Assembly (NCBI GenBank): GCA_964202965.1
Contig: CAXNKG010000010.1
Location: forward strand, 6,190 to 70,189
Direction: 5' to 3'
Source: Vicinamibacterales bacterium
GTDB taxonomy: Bacteria; Acidobacteriota; Vicinamibacteria; Vicinamibacterales; UBA2999
DNA length: 64,000 nt
Under the pieces are notes generated by a model that searched no databases, was not told the origin of the DNA, and saw only the letters and a list, made by a program, of their open reading frames with translations. Shown here piece after piece: positions 63,252 through 64,000 of the stretch. Position 1 is the first letter of the stretch. Each line of letters begins with the position of its first letter. Both the position numbers and the translations under genes were made by a program.

Positions 63252-64000
63252 TTCACCGCGACGCACTTTCGCTGGGTAAACCCGTCGAGCATGCCTTCCA
63301 GGGAGTATTCCCGGCCGATTCCGCTCTGTTTGAACCCCCCGTACGACATCCCCGGCAGCTGGCCCCCGCCCTGGTTCACCTGGACCCAGCCCGATTCGAT
63401 GGCGTGGGCGGTCCGGAGCGCCTTGGTGATATCGCGCGTCCAGACATAGGCGGCCAGGCCGTAGTGGCTGTCGTTCGCCATCCGGATCACCTCCCGCTCG
63501 TCGTCCCAGGGGATCGCCACCATGACCGGCCCGAAGATCTCCTCGCGCGCAATGCGCCAGTCGTTCGCCACGCCGGCGAACACCGTCGGCTGGACGAAGT
63601 AGCCCTGCGCTAGCGGGCCGTCCTTCGGCGGCAGGCCGCCGATGAGCACGCGACCTTCCTTCTGTCCCAGGCCGTCCGCGATGTACGAACAGACGCGGTC
63701 GAACTGCTTCCGATTGATGATCGCGCCCATGTCGGTCGCCTCATCCAGCGGATCGCCGATCTTCAGCTTGCTCAACTTCACGGTGACCTTCTCGAGGAAC
63801 GAGTCGAAGATCGCGCGGTGCAGGAACAGGCGTGAGCCGGCTGTGCACGACTGGCCCTGACGCGTAAACCGCATCCCGGTGATCACGCCGTCGACGGTCT
63901 TGTCGTCATTCGCATCGGGAAACACGATCGCGGGGCTCTTGCCGCCCAGCTCCAGCGACACCGGGACGATCCGATCCGCCGCGGCATGCATGATGAGCTT
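63239..64000 (-). CDS. aldehyde dehydrogenase family protein, C-terminal part (gene continues beyond the window end)
   Basis: VSLELGGKSPAIVFPDAN, QGQSCTAGSRLFLH, EEIFGPVMVAIPW. The frame stays open upstream of the listed Met to position 64000 (KLIMHAAADRIVP). Confidence 0.85.
   Translation of the reverse strand, partial: KLIMHAAADRIVPVSLELGGKSPAIVFPDANDDKTVDGVITGMRFTRQGQSCTAGSRLFLHRAIFDSFLEKVTVKLSKLKIGDPLDEATDMGAIINRKQFDRVCSYIADGLGQKEGRVLIGGLPPKDGPLAQGYFVQPTVFAGVANDWRIAREEIFGPVMVAIPWDDEREVIRMANDSHYGLAAYVWTRDITKALRTAHAIESGWVQVNQGGGQLPGMSYGGFKQSGIGREYSLEGMLDGFTQRKCVAVNLSA

Overview
Very GC-rich bacterial chromosomal segment (GC judged by eye, not computed). It is almost entirely coding, with about 60 genes, many joined by 1-4 nt start/stop overlaps. 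I saw no rRNA, tRNA, CRISPR array, transposase or integrase. There are three blocks. (1) 1-15.6 kb is one long minus-strand operon for a nonulosonic-acid type sugar. It has PseG-like, NeuB/PseI-like and CMP-sugar cytidylyltransferase genes, two DegT aminotransferases and an SDR. It also carries unusual extras: two radical SAM/SPASM enzymes, WbqC, two methyltransferases, an aldo/keto reductase, a 614 aa unknown protein, a GT1-DUF218 fusion and a wHTH regulator. (2) 15.7-45.4 kb is a dense envelope-glycan locus. It has eight large polytopic membrane proteins, four DPM1/GtrB/ArnC-like GT2 enzymes, five FkbM methyltransferase domains, GDP-fucose synthase, an SDR and a PhyH-type dioxygenase. Five of the membrane proteins form a two-branch paralogous family that I cannot assign to any named family. 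They share loop motifs and a C-terminal domain ending PCF[RQ]. This family, and a repeated four-gene module built around it, is my best candidate for an undescribed system. My inference is periplasmic glycan assembly by GT-C-like enzymes using polyprenyl-phosphate sugars. (3) 45.4-64 kb is housekeeping: smpB, sulfotransferase, nadE, rmlC-like, DCC, pdxA, holB, an sxtJ/sxtK-like/carbamoyltransferase triad, pirin, a complete Rrf2-sufABCDSUT operon plus a metzincin lipoprotein, and a partial aldehyde dehydrogenase. A second recurring oddity is that several short spacers are made entirely of 7-14 nt tandem repeats, and one holds a twin GC hairpin. Most of these lie inside operons; one sits between convergent genes and one in a divergent promoter region. 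All functional calls rest on motifs read from the translations and on memory of protein families. No database search was run.
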